A DNA stretch of 64,000 nucleotides from positions 22,465-86,464 of the forward strand of contig CAYUUX010000001.1 of NCBI GenBank assembly GCA_964448085.1, read 5' to 3'. Shown here piece after piece: positions 1 through 9,363 of the stretch (within the stretch, counting starts at the first letter, position 1; each line of letters opens with the position of its first letter). This DNA is from an uncultured Gammaproteobacteria bacterium (GTDB taxonomy: Bacteria > Patescibacteriota > Microgenomatia > UBA10105 > UBA927). Under the pieces are notes generated by a model. The model did not search any database, was not told the DNA's origin, and was given only the letters and a program-made list of their open reading frames with translations. A program made the position numbers and the translations under genes.

Positions 1-2
1 CT

Positions 3-935
3 CAGTGCTATAAACATCGCGGTAAAAAACAAAATATGAGCCATATTATGGCCTGCGATACGCACGATTTTCTTTTTGGATACCACAATACCATCCAAGA
101 TAAGCACGCCTACCAATAGCCCCATGAACAAAAATGCCACATCTCGTGTCAAGGCAGGAATGTTAATCAACGGATGTAATACCACCTGGGAAAATGCATT
201 GAACAAAAATGTAGCAACAGGTGTTACCTGCAGCTTGGGAACAATCACAGGTTCCGCTTCTGCCACTCTCGTTTCAACCTGTTCACCGAGTTGTTCGGGG
301 ACACCCTCGTTTTTCTCAACAACCGCAGCCTGCTCCAATACGACGGTCTTCACCGGCTCCGCGGCAACTACCGTTTCACCGGCACCAAACATCTGCACAA
401 CCAGCGTTGTTTCTTCGCCACCCAAAACGCCGTTTACAATGGCAAATCCTACATCCCGGTATCCCGGTTTCACAATATTTTCCTTGTGCGTTGGAGAGGC
501 CATCCATGCGTCAATCACTCCTTGGCTTGTGGCAAAATTTTTCGCTAGATTTTCCCCTGCTACGGTATATTTGTATCCCGCAGCTTGAATAAAATTCCAT
601 GGCGTTTTTCCCTGAGGGCTGTTATGCGCCCAATAGTTATTCGCAAACATATCTTGCGCCTTTGCGGCAGCTGCCTGAGAAAGTGTCATATTGAGCGTCA
701 ACGGACCAATGCCCGCGGCAGAACGCTGTGCATTCGTTCCGGACAACAGCTGATCAACCCTGATGTCGGTTGCGTATCCCAAGACGTTCGGAAATTCTCT
801 GTGAAGTATTCTGACACCGAAATTAAATATTGCGAAGATCAGAATGTAGCAAAGCATCGAATCCACATGCAATGCGCGGGCGTGATGATTATTTGAATGA
901 TGCGGCAAGAAAAAATGCCGAAGAAATCTCTGCAT
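3..935 (-). CDS. CAP/SCP-domain membrane protein (3' end runs off the window)
   Basis: Not in the ORF track; hand translation from ATG 935: MQRFLRHFFLPHHSNNHH...AQDMFANNYWAHNSP...YTVAGENLA...WMASPTHKENIVKPGYRDVGFAIVNG, which carries CAP motifs; hydrophobic C-terminal segments; open to the window edge. Confidence 0.85.
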   Translation of the reverse strand, partial: MQRFLRHFFLPHHSNNHHARALHVDSMLCYILIFAIFNFGVRILHREFPNVLGYATDIRVDQLLSGTNAQRSAAGIGPLTLNMTLSQAAAAKAQDMFANNYWAHNSPQGKTPWNFIQAAGYKYTVAGENLAKNFATSQGVIDAWMASPTHKENIVKPGYRDVGFAIVNGVLGGEETTLVVQMFGAGETVVAAEPVKTVVLEQAAVVEKNEGVPEQLGEQVETRVAEAEPVIVPKLQVTPVATFLFNAFSQVVLHPLINIPALTRDVAFLFMGLLVGVLILDGIVVSKKKIVRIAGHNMAHILFFTAMFIAL

Positions 936-983
936 AATTCCATGATACCGATTCAGAAAGAAAAATTCCAGGAGCCTCTCGCG

Positions 984-1319
984 TCACTTCCATTTATCCT
1001 GTTCGTACGGGATATCAACGTCTTGCATTGCATCGTGCCCATTCACTGGTACTTGAAGCATATAGCCAAGCGTCCTTGCTATCGCAACACCTACCCGACG
1101 CCCCATATACGATCCACTATCAACCAGAACTTCAACTTCTTTAATATCCGACAGCGCTCCAGATGCCCCATCAAGAGCCTCCACAAGAAGCGCCAATACC
1201 GATTGTGCATGTGATGTGTTTGCACATTCAACGAGCTGCTCTTTCTTTTTTATATCGTACAAGAGAACACGAGTTGCATCAGATACACGCGTATCGATAA
1301 TAAGCTTCCATTCGTTCAT
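984..1319 (-). CDS. tsaB: short TsaB-like protein (t6A biosynthesis)
   Basis: IIDT...SHAQSVL...DSGSYMGRRVGVAIA resembles TsaB (IDTS, GPGSFTGLRIG); ATGA-coupled to tsaC. Confidence 0.65.
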   Translation of the reverse strand: MNEWKLIIDTRVSDATRVLLYDIKKKEQLVECANTSHAQSVLALLVEALDGASGALSDIKEVEVLVDSGSYMGRRVGVAIARTLGYMLQVPVNGHDAMQDVDIPYEQDKWK

Positions 1320-1900
1320 ATGTGCACCGCCCCCTGCCGGATAATTGTATATGGATTCACGGAACAATCCACGACGGTGGAAGATTGGCCAATTGGACAC
1401 TCCCCGGGTATGACACAATCAACGAGCTTAATAAACTCAGGATCTACGTCAGCGAGAGAATGCGGCGTTTTCATTTTGTGAATATTGGCAGAAGGCCCTA
1501 TTATCGATACCCCTGTCCCTTCGATCAATTGTTGCACTATCGGGTGATTTGGCCATCGAAGTCCCACCGTTGGACCGCCAGCGCGAATAGGGGAGTCGAT
1601 CAATTCTTTTTTGCACGTATCTACTATGGTTAAAGCCCCAGGCCAATATTGCCGCATAAAACGTCGTACAATATTTGATGGGTCAAGGAAATAGGCGAGT
1701 GCCTGTGTGGTCGAACTAACCAAGACCGGTAATGCTTGTGTTAATGGCCTTTGCCGGATGGCAAATATTTTTTTCACGGCCTCAGGCTTATCAATGCGAC
1801 ACCCTACACCAAATGCAGTGTCTGTAGGAAAAATGATTATGCCACCATCATTGAGGATCCCTATCGCTTTTTTTATGAGAACACCTTGATTATTTTCCAT
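1316..1900 (-). CDS. tsaC: L-threonylcarbamoyladenylate synthase (Sua5/YrdC/TsaC)
   Basis: FPTDTAFG, WPGALT, PSAN, SSTVVD motifs. Confidence 0.93.
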   Translation of the reverse strand: MENNQGVLIKKAIGILNDGGIIIFPTDTAFGVGCRIDKPEAVKKIFAIRQRPLTQALPVLVSSTTQALAYFLDPSNIVRRFMRQYWPGALTIVDTCKKELIDSPIRAGGPTVGLRWPNHPIVQQLIEGTGVSIIGPSANIHKMKTPHSLADVDPEFIKLVDCVIPGECPIGQSSTVVDCSVNPYTIIRQGAVHI

Positions 1901-2357
1901 ATGACACCTCAATATTCCGCCCATTTTCACCTTTCCCCTGTGATAGGCGTATATCCGTCCTCTCTAAAGGCACGTTGTCTCCTAAACGCTCTGCCCATTC
2001 TATTATGACTACGGATCCGGATTCAGACATCATTTCGTGTAACGCTAATGCGTTCATCTCACGCACGTCTTTTACGCGATAAAGATCGATATGGTACAAA
2101 AAACGGTTTTGTTTCGGAATTTGATAACGTCGCACAATAATGAAGGTTGGGGAGAGAAGGCGAGAGGTGATACCCAAACCTTCTGCAATTCCCTGAACGA
2201 GTGTTGTCTTCCCTGCCCCCAGGTTTCCATATATACAGAGAACCTGTGCTCCTCGCTCCCCTCTTCCTGCAGATAACGTTAAAGAATCTGCAATTTTTTT
2301 GCCCACGTTTTTAGTCTCTTGGGCGCTTGTGGTAACCATCTTTGTACTATTCCCCAT
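1890..2357 (-). CDS. tsaE: t6A biosynthesis ATPase TsaE
   Basis: GNLGAGKT, SPTF, HIDLYR, IEWAE motifs; start could be 2339. Confidence 0.95.
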   Translation of the reverse strand: MGNSTKMVTTSAQETKNVGKKIADSLTLSAGRGERGAQVLCIYGNLGAGKTTLVQGIAEGLGITSRLLSPTFIIVRRYQIPKQNRFLYHIDLYRVKDVREMNALALHEMMSESGSVVIIEWAERLGDNVPLERTDIRLSQGKGENGRNIEVSYGK

Positions 2358-2692
2358 GATATTGCTGCTCCAAACATGTCAATTATAGCATCACGAAGCC
2401 TTCCTTCACGTGTCGGTATAAATTTTTGGTGTATTTCGTCACTGAGCGCGTATAAAGCAGTTACGATAAATGCAAACGCGTATACTGTTCGCATGTGTTT
2501 CGTTTTCAATGTATTTTTTGCAGCCCTGAAAACCAATACATACAACATCGCATATTCAATCAGGTGAAGGCTCTTAAAAATTACGAAGCTGACCACATAG
2601 GAATCGGATACCGCCACCTTCTGTCGGGAAGAAAGAAAAAAAATGAGGAGCATCCAGCAAAAAGCCGGTGCCCAATAACGAATGAACTTCAT
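2279..2692 (-). CDS. VanZ-family membrane protein
   Basis: K-x-x-H-LIEYAML, SDEIHQKFIPTREGRLRD motifs; transmembrane segments. Confidence 0.85.
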   Translation of the reverse strand: MKFIRYWAPAFCWMLLIFFLSSRQKVAVSDSYVVSFVIFKSLHLIEYAMLYVLVFRAAKNTLKTKHMRTVYAFAFIVTALYALSDEIHQKFIPTREGRLRDAIIDMFGAAISWGIVQRWLPQAPKRLKTWAKKLQIL

Positions 2693-3504
2693 AAAGAATG
2701 TCTCTTCAAGTATACGCGTTTCCAGACGGCAAGAACAACAGCAACACAAGCAAGTCCTACCCCGGTGCCCAACAAGACGAGAATCATTGGTTTCTGCCTC
2801 TCAAACATCGGATCGTTATATTCGGTCGACGATGAAGCGGTTTCCACGATTCCCAGTACTGTTCCCGAAGAAATCTCAGGAGAAGCCGTCGATTTTATCT
2901 CTACTGATGTCTGAGTTGGTATTCGTGTTGGCGTTACGGTTGCGCTCGGGCGCGGTGTTGAAGTCGGTGTTGTGGTTGGTGTATTGGACGGTGTACAGGT
3001 AGCTGTCGCGGTTGGCGGCAGTGCAGTTGGTGTTGGAGTCGGACCGGTAATGGTTATTGTTTTTTCTGATGACCAGGTTGGAGATCCACAACTTGTCGTA
3101 TAGCGGCCAAGCTTAAAGAGATATTCCCCCGGACCATTGTAATAACTGTTTTCTGCGTCTGGTTTAATATGCAACACCCCGCTCCAACTCCCCTCTTTGA
3201 GATCATCAAGCGCTATCTTGAAATATTCGGTACAACTTGCCCCTGATGCATTTATCCACGAACCCGTATTATTTTGTGTATACCCGAAGTAACTTGACCC
3301 GCTCGGATAAAACACCCCTCGAATATAGGAATCGCCGGAGCAGCCCGAGCAATATAATATCGTTTGAATACCTACTTCCTCTTTTTCATCAACAGAAGTC
3401 GGAAGATCGGAGAAAGAAATAGATGTTACTGCATATATTGCATGAGGCAAACATAAGAGAATACCGGCCGCAAGACCCACGACCATTGGTATCCGGGCAG
3501 TCAT
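2689..3504 (-). CDS. exported protein with Pro/Thr-rich linker and C-terminal membrane anchor
   Basis: Signal peptide, Cys-containing domain, TPTPT repeats, C-terminal TM plus basic tail. Confidence 0.75.
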   Translation of the reverse strand: MTARIPMVVGLAAGILLCLPHAIYAVTSISFSDLPTSVDEKEEVGIQTILYCSGCSGDSYIRGVFYPSGSSYFGYTQNNTGSWINASGASCTEYFKIALDDLKEGSWSGVLHIKPDAENSYYNGPGEYLFKLGRYTTSCGSPTWSSEKTITITGPTPTPTALPPTATATCTPSNTPTTTPTSTPRPSATVTPTRIPTQTSVEIKSTASPEISSGTVLGIVETASSSTEYNDPMFERQKPMILVLLGTGVGLACVAVVLAVWKRVYLKRHSL

Positions 3505-3525
3505 ATGATCAATACTATCCAGTCT

Positions 3526-4671
3526 TTACTGGACGTGTAAATAGAAACTTACAATACCATCTTCGTGCTCGATATACTTAATCTTGATGATGCTACTTCC
3601 ACCACATGCCTGACTGGATGAATACATGGTTCCATCGCGAGGCGCACGGATAACACTCGTGCTTCTTCCAACCATGTCAACCCCCGTATGTATTCCTCCG
3701 CTGTACGTATAGCGCCATGACCAAGGGGTTTTGCCAAATCGTTGCGTTACAATGATATCCCCGTCAAGCGGCCAATCCCACGAGCCTGTACCTATTCTAT
3801 TATTCCCTCCGACTTGATCATCATATACGTCTTTCCCTACAAGATATTCCTCCGCGTTTACCCAGGAACCGTTTTTTCGAATTTCAAAATGCAAATGCGC
3901 TCCCGTAGAACAGCCGGGGTAACCAGTGTTTCCAACCAACGCGATAGGATCTCCTTTTTTCACTGGTCCAACCTTGACAGAATTGATGAGTGCCGAATCA
4001 ATGGCCTGTCTTTCCGCAAGCGCCTGCGCAAGTAATTGCTGATACACGGCTTCACTACTTCTTGTCTGTGCCAAAAACGATTCTTTTTGCTTTTTCTGTT
4101 GGTCAAGACTTCTCATTTCTGCTTCTAATTGCAGTTTGAGCGCCTCTTGTTGCGCACGCTTTTTCTCACGCAGGTCTTTGCGTTCCGCAAAGTTATTCTG
4201 CGTTGCCTTCAACTGAAAAAGCAACTGTGCATCCTCTTCCTGCACGCGATTAATATATTTAACGCGAGATATGAAATCCGATATGTTACCGCTTAAAAAA
4301 ATCGTCCCGAAAGAAGGAACCACTGTCCTCTTGTATGATTCAGGAATTCTATGCAACACCAATTCGGACCTTTTGGTAAGCATAACCTCAAGACGCTCGA
4401 TTTCATTTGCCAGTTCTTCGATTTCAAGAGACAGCTTTGCTATTTGCGAACGGATTGTCTGCGCTTTGAGCGTCGTCAATTCAATGTTGGAGTTGATGAT
4501 GCTTATTTGTTTGGAAAGGGAATTTTCCTGACTTTGCAGTTCCGCAATTTTTGCCTGCAATTGCGAAATGGTGTTCGTGATGGCTGTCGTCGTATCCTGT
4601 GCATAAACCGTGGTTGACACCACCACAAAAAAACTCAGGCAGAAACAGAAATAGCTGATAATACGGTTCAT
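3526..4671 (-). CDS. coiled-coil peptidoglycan M23 peptidase (EnvC/CwlO-like position) with a circularly permuted catalytic domain
   Basis: Signal peptide, long coiled coil, then GNTG..STGAHLHFEIR before WP..G..HTGVD..YLH; follows ftsEX. Confidence 0.9.
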   Translation of the reverse strand: MNRIISYFCFCLSFFVVVSTTVYAQDTTTAITNTISQLQAKIAELQSQENSLSKQISIINSNIELTTLKAQTIRSQIAKLSLEIEELANEIERLEVMLTKRSELVLHRIPESYKRTVVPSFGTIFLSGNISDFISRVKYINRVQEEDAQLLFQLKATQNNFAERKDLREKKRAQQEALKLQLEAEMRSLDQQKKQKESFLAQTRSSEAVYQQLLAQALAERQAIDSALINSVKVGPVKKGDPIALVGNTGYPGCSTGAHLHFEIRKNGSWVNAEEYLVGKDVYDDQVGGNNRIGTGSWDWPLDGDIIVTQRFGKTPWSWRYTYSGGIHTGVDMVGRSTSVIRAPRDGTMYSSSQACGGSSIIKIKYIEHEDGIVSFYLHVQ

Positions 4672-4690
4672 GTATAAATACTCGCAGTTT

Positions 4691-5590
4691 TTAAAACTTA
4701 ATATATCGACCAAGCGAGACCAAACTGCCAACGGCACCAAGAAGAAAGCCAGTACCCAACATGGTGATACAAAAAATTCCCGTTGCAACAAGTGATTCTG
4801 TTGAAAGCGGGTTTACGAATAATGTCTGTATCACGGGTATGCTTCCCAAAAACTCAACAATGTGCGTTTGAAAAATCAACAAGAGAACTATTATGGAAAA
4901 CCATGCTGCACCAGCTCCAACAACTCCATACAGTCCGCCTTCCATCACAAACGGTTTTCGTATATACCACGGAGATGCGCCGATGAGCTTGAGTATATCA
5001 ATTTCATCTTTCTTTAGTGCTATTTTCATACCGATAACAGTCATAATAATCAACAGTGAATCCAACGCTAATAACCCGGCCAGTATTCCGCCAACCAGAC
5101 GTATTGCATTGGTCCAAGAAAGCAATGCATCAACCACATCTTTTTGAAATACAACCTCCTCAACTCCATTCGCTTGTTTGATCATGGGTTCCAATTCTGA
5201 CAGATATCGTGGGTCTGTTGCCGTCACCTCCAGAGATGCGGGAAGAATATCTGCAGTAACCATTTCGAGAAGCAACGGATCGTTTTTATTTTGTTCTTTG
5301 TAGATAGCGAGTGCTTCGTCTTTGGAAACAAACTTTGTTGAGGCGATTTTACCTGTTTGCTCGAGCGTCTGTTTGAGCGTATCAGCCTCCGGCTTACCGG
5401 CTTTTTCCAAGAAAAAGACTGTAAGTTGCGGTTTGCTTTCGAAATAGCGAAGAATTGCCAGTGACGTACCTGTGGTTAAAAGAAAAACCCCACCCAAAAG
5501 AAACGTCAAAAACATAGTTAATACTGCAGCAAATGACTGGTAAGGCGTCCTTCGAATGTGCGTCCATGTGGGATTATTCGTCTTTTTCAT
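4691..5590 (-). CDS. ftsX: cell division permease FtsX
   Basis: FVSKDEAL, ILPASLEV, KLIGASPWYIRKPFVMEG; downstream of ftsE. Confidence 0.92.
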   Translation of the reverse strand: MKKTNNPTWTHIRRTPYQSFAAVLTMFLTFLLGGVFLLTTGTSLAILRYFESKPQLTVFFLEKAGKPEADTLKQTLEQTGKIASTKFVSKDEALAIYKEQNKNDPLLLEMVTADILPASLEVTATDPRYLSELEPMIKQANGVEEVVFQKDVVDALLSWTNAIRLVGGILAGLLALDSLLIIMTVIGMKIALKKDEIDILKLIGASPWYIRKPFVMEGGLYGVVGAGAAWFSIIVLLLIFQTHIVEFLGSIPVIQTLFVNPLSTESLVATGIFCITMLGTGFLLGAVGSLVSLGRYIKF

Positions 5591-6347
5591 GGTCTTTTTT
5601 CTCCTCCTTCTTCTCTCCCTTTTTCTCATCTTTATGATCATGCTTGCGTTCATGATGGAAACGTTTTGCAAAATGGTATTTCCCTTTTTTCTCATCGCTC
5701 ACAATCGCGCCGTCTTTTATTGTTATTGTCCGCTTCTTTTCCTGATCAACTAACAATGCGTTATGGGTAACAACGATTACGGTTGTACCCATCTTATTCA
5801 CTTCTTTTAATATCTCCAGAATATCCTCACTGGTCTCTGGATCCAAATTACCCGTTGGCTCATCGGCAAGCAGAATCTTCGGTCCTGCAACGATGGAGCG
5901 TGCGAGCGCTATCCGTTGTTTTTCTCCCTGGGAAAGCTGCACAGGAAACAGCGATGCCTTATCTGATAATTCCACTAAACCTAACGCATCCATCACTCCT
6001 TTTTCAATATCTTCCTCCGTTTTTCCCAGAACCTCCATTCCTACGGCGATATTCTCGAACACCGTTCTATCCATAAGTAATTTCAGATCCTGAAACACCA
6101 TGCCGACTTTTCTTCGAAGAAGGTATACCGAAGACGGCGGGATCTGCGCAACATCATCATCATCCACATAGACCTGTCCTTCTGATGGAAGCAACTCCCG
6201 TGTGATGAGTTTTAGCAACGTGGTTTTTCCTGCACCTGTTGGACCGATAACAAAAACGAATTCGCCGTCAGGTATTTCAACGGTTATGTCGGAGAGTGCA
6301 TTTTGCCGCTCCCCAAATGCCTTTGATACATGGTCGAATCGAATCAT
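5574..6347 (-). CDS. ftsE: cell division ATP-binding protein FtsE
   Basis: GPTGAGKT, VFQDLKLL, LADEPTGNLD; adjacent to ftsX. Confidence 0.9.
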   Translation of the reverse strand: MIRFDHVSKAFGERQNALSDITVEIPDGEFVFVIGPTGAGKTTLLKLITRELLPSEGQVYVDDDDVAQIPPSSVYLLRRKVGMVFQDLKLLMDRTVFENIAVGMEVLGKTEEDIEKGVMDALGLVELSDKASLFPVQLSQGEKQRIALARSIVAGPKILLADEPTGNLDPETSEDILEILKEVNKMGTTVIVVTHNALLVDQEKKRTITIKDGAIVSDEKKGKYHFAKRFHHERKHDHKDEKKGEKKEEKKDHEKDE

Positions 6348-6349
6348 TC

Positions 6350-6811
6350 CTATTGAAGCACCTCAATGCGCCCCACATCCATAAGCCACGGACACGTTCC
6401 CGCATCCATAGTTTTACTTGTTACGGTAACTTTCTTTCCGACAAATTCATCGAGATCTAACACTGAGGAAACGAGACATGCAGTCTGTGAGGGTCCGCCC
6501 TCACGGACAAGTTTATGCGTACCTTCCCCACTGATTCCCCCCTTTTCTATAGTACCCGTTGCGCTATCGGTAAACGTCTTGGTGTCAGCACTTCCGAATA
6601 CATTTTTCCCAGAAGCTGTTGGTCCGGCGGGTGCTGCCGCGCCAGTGGATAATTTCTTTCCACCGGAAATAACATATCCCGTAAGCACACCAAGGGCGAC
6701 CATTAAGACAAATACACCGCCGACAATGAGCTTTACTGATTTTGACTGACCTGTCTTATCAGGCATTTGTATTGAATTTGCTTGCTTTGCTGTAGGCTTT
6801 AGGTTTTCCAT
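6350..6811 (-). CDS. single-pass membrane hypothetical protein
   Basis: One TM helix, GGAGG SD, operonic spacing. Confidence 0.7.
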   Translation of the reverse strand: MENLKPTAKQANSIQMPDKTGQSKSVKLIVGGVFVLMVALGVLTGYVISGGKKLSTGAAAPAGPTASGKNVFGSADTKTFTDSATGTIEKGGISGEGTHKLVREGGPSQTACLVSSVLDLDEFVGKKVTVTSKTMDAGTCPWLMDVGRIEVLQ

Positions 6812-6831
6812 AGTTCCTCCATTATCATGAC

Positions 6832-7842
6832 TTATGTAATTTTTTTCAAGTATTCCATAACAAAGTCTTCGATATCCCCATCCAATACCCTATCCGTATT
6901 GGAAGTTTCGTGTTGCGTTCGTAAATCTTTAACCATGTGGTAGGGATGGAGGACATACGATCGTATTTGATTTCCCCACCCCGGTGTTTTATAAACACCT
7001 TTATATTTATCCTGTTCCTTTTGGCGCTTCGCCTCTTCAAGAGCCCACAGTTTCGAACGAAGAATTTTAAGCGCATATTCACGGTTTTGCCCCTGATACC
7101 GTTCGCTTTGGCAAGTCACTATGATGCCGCTGGGTTTATGCCGAAGACGCACTGCTGTGGAAACTTTATTCACATTCTGACCCCCTTTGCCACCTGCGCG
7201 ATAAAATTCCCATTCTAAATCCTCTTCCCGCAAAATTCCCACTTCCGCATCGTCGATAACCGGCATAACTTCCACCATGGAGAACGATGTTTGCCGTAAA
7301 TTATCTGCATTAAATGGTGATTGTCTCACCAAACGATGCACACCGCTTTCCGCTTTCAAAAAACCATATGCATATGCACCACTCACTTCAATCGTAACGC
7401 TTTTAATCCCCGCTTCATCGCCAGGAGTATAATCAACTTCTTCTGTTGACCATCCTTTGCGTTCACAAAAACGCGTATACATCCGGAACAACATTGAGGT
7501 CCAATCCATCGCCTCCGTACCGCCTTGTCCTGCATGAAGCGCAAGAATTGCGTCCCCGCGGTCATACGGACCGGAAAGATACAATGCAAATTCCATCCTC
7601 CCCAATTCCTTTTCCAATGCGTCTTCCTGACCATCCGCCATCAAAAGTTCCAGCATTTCTCCTTCCTCTACTTCCTTTTTCAAATCCGCTATCTGTTTCA
7701 TTACCCGTGCTCCATTCTTTGCATCTTTCCAGAAGGTCTCTTTCATGCTTTCTGCTTCCAACTCACGAATACCTTTTCGCTTTTCATCTAGCGCAAGTTT
7801 TTCAATGAGATGTTTTGCCCTGAGTTGTATTTCTTCATTCAT
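6832..7842 (-). CDS. prfB: peptide chain release factor 2
   Basis: SPF anticodon motif and GGQ motif; single uninterrupted ORF. Confidence 0.96.
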   Translation of the reverse strand: MNEEIQLRAKHLIEKLALDEKRKGIRELEAESMKETFWKDAKNGARVMKQIADLKKEVEEGEMLELLMADGQEDALEKELGRMEFALYLSGPYDRGDAILALHAGQGGTEAMDWTSMLFRMYTRFCERKGWSTEEVDYTPGDEAGIKSVTIEVSGAYAYGFLKAESGVHRLVRQSPFNADNLRQTSFSMVEVMPVIDDAEVGILREEDLEWEFYRAGGKGGQNVNKVSTAVRLRHKPSGIIVTCQSERYQGQNREYALKILRSKLWALEEAKRQKEQDKYKGVYKTPGWGNQIRSYVLHPYHMVKDLRTQHETSNTDRVLDGDIEDFVMEYLKKIT

Positions 7843-7843
7843 A

Positions 7844-8212
7844 TTACTTACAGATAGCTTTTTTTACTTCTTCTTTTTGTCCCGGATCGAGCGTTTCAAT
7901 CTTATTGATTACCTGAATAATAATTTCCTTTGTTGCAGCATCCTGTACCTTCTTTTCCATATCTTGCATAACTGTATTTACGATACTGCCTGCAGCCGAT
8001 CCAATATCTACGGGCGCAGTCTGTGTCCCGTCGCTGACTCCTAATACTTCTGCAGCCTGTTTCCCGATGCTCGTCTGCAATACCACATCTCTCACCTGCA
8101 CAAGCGGATCCGGGGCTGGCTTGGAAGTAAATTTTGGCCATACAAGGCTCACGCCCGATACGGCAACTCCCGTTGTTAAAGCAGCCAGGATAAATCTCAT
8201 GATAAACGGCAT
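7844..8212 (-). CDS. hypothetical protein with N-terminal membrane anchor
   Basis: Hydrophobic N-terminus; 1-bp gap to prfB. Confidence 0.65.
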   Translation of the reverse strand: MPFIMRFILAALTTGVAVSGVSLVWPKFTSKPAPDPLVQVRDVVLQTSIGKQAAEVLGVSDGTQTAPVDIGSAAGSIVNTVMQDMEKKVQDAATKEIIIQVINKIETLDPGQKEEVKKAICK

Positions 8213-8304
8213 AGATATGCCTCAAGTATACGAGGTTAGCGGCAAAAACGAAAGGGAAACAGGGCGCGTTGGTAATTCCCCAACCTCCATGATATAACAG
8301 TACC

Positions 8305-8793
8305 ATGAAAATCATGGGCTTGGATCCTGGTACTGCACGCGTCGGTTGGGGAATAATTGCATCAGACGGGGTCGGGTGGCAGCCTATTGCATATGGACTT
8401 ATAGAAACAGAGAAAACCATGGCAGCACAGGATCGTCTTCTTGATATTGCTACCTCCCTTGAAAAACTCCTCCGACAATACAAACCCGATATGGTATCTA
8501 TTGAAGAATTATTTTTTGCGACGAATGCGAAAACGGCAATATCCGTTGGACAAGCACGTGGTGTATTGCTTCTGTCCTGTGCAAGATCTCATATACCTGC
8601 GGTTTCCTATGCGCCTCTTGCGATAAAACGGGCAATCACGGGTGATGGAAAAGCAGATAAGCAGCAGGTACAATACATGGTGACCAAACAGTTACATCTC
8701 AAGACTGTGCCAAAACCTGACGACGTTGCAGACGCATTGGCTATTGCCCTTACCCATGCATATTCACACAAAATGAAGGAGGCATGTTTATGA
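8305..8793 (+). CDS. ruvC: Holliday junction resolvase RuvC
   Basis: GLDPG, IEELFF, PDDVADALAIA. Confidence 0.97.
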   Translation: MKIMGLDPGTARVGWGIIASDGVGWQPIAYGLIETEKTMAAQDRLLDIATSLEKLLRQYKPDMVSIEELFFATNAKTAISVGQARGVLLLSCARSHIPAVSYAPLAIKRAITGDGKADKQQVQYMVTKQLHLKTVPKPDDVADALAIALTHAYSHKMKEACL

Positions 8794-9362
8794 TCGGCGC
8801 ATTATACGGAAAAGTACACTCGATGAAGAAAAATCCCATAATTTTTTTTGCAGGAGACGTTGGATACGCTGTCAGTATTCCCGATGTTTTTGCGAAAATA
8901 CTCCCACTGGAAACCAAAATTCATATATATATTCATACACACGTACGGGAAGATGCCATTGAACTCTTCGGATTTGAAACAGAGGAAGACCTTGCGATGT
9001 TTGACTTGCTCTTAACCGTTTCGGGAATCGGACCAAAAACCGCATTGTCAGTAATGAATCATGGTGTGTCTCCCATACGGCATGCCGTACAGACTGGTGA
9101 TGTTGAATTCTTCACAAACATTCCGCGCCTTGGCAAAAAGAATGCACAAAAAATAATTATTGAACTCAAAAATAAACTCGGAAGCTTGCAGGAACTCAAT
9201 CTTCGTGAAGACACATCGACCGAAACGACGGATGTTGTTGATGCGCTCGTTTCCATGGGATTTGCTAAAAAGGAGGCGATGGCGGTTATCAAGAAAATTC
9301 CTACCAACGTAACCAGTCCGGAACAAAAATTACGTAACGCCCTGCAGCTCCTGGGGAAATAA
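8790..9362 (+). CDS. ruvA: Holliday junction branch migration protein RuvA
   Basis: HTHVRED, VSGIGPKTAL, HhH motifs. Confidence 0.96.
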   Translation: MIGALYGKVHSMKKNPIIFFAGDVGYAVSIPDVFAKILPLETKIHIYIHTHVREDAIELFGFETEEDLAMFDLLLTVSGIGPKTALSVMNHGVSPIRHAVQTGDVEFFTNIPRLGKKNAQKIIIELKNKLGSLQELNLREDTSTETTDVVDALVSMGFAKKEAMAVIKKIPTNVTSPEQKLRNALQLLGK

Positions 9363-9363
9363 T

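Noticed and set aside
76-1214. Plus-strand ORFs (and the many similar antisense ORFs across the window, e.g. 10274-10957, 51477-52052, 55356-55904)
   Set aside because: They are shadows of well-supported genes on the opposite strand and carry no motifs
2900-3060. Low-complexity repeat-like DNA
   Set aside because: It encodes a Pro/Thr linker and is not an independent repeat element
6832-7842. Alternative genetic code (TGA=Gly, as in Gracilibacteria/Absconditabacteria)
   Set aside because: RF2 is intact and core genes (ruvC, serS) end at TGA at the expected lengths
8235-8290. c-di-GMP-I riboswitch-like GGCAAA...GAAA upstream of ruvC
   Set aside because: The required P2 pairing and GACGCAAA-type P3 are absent
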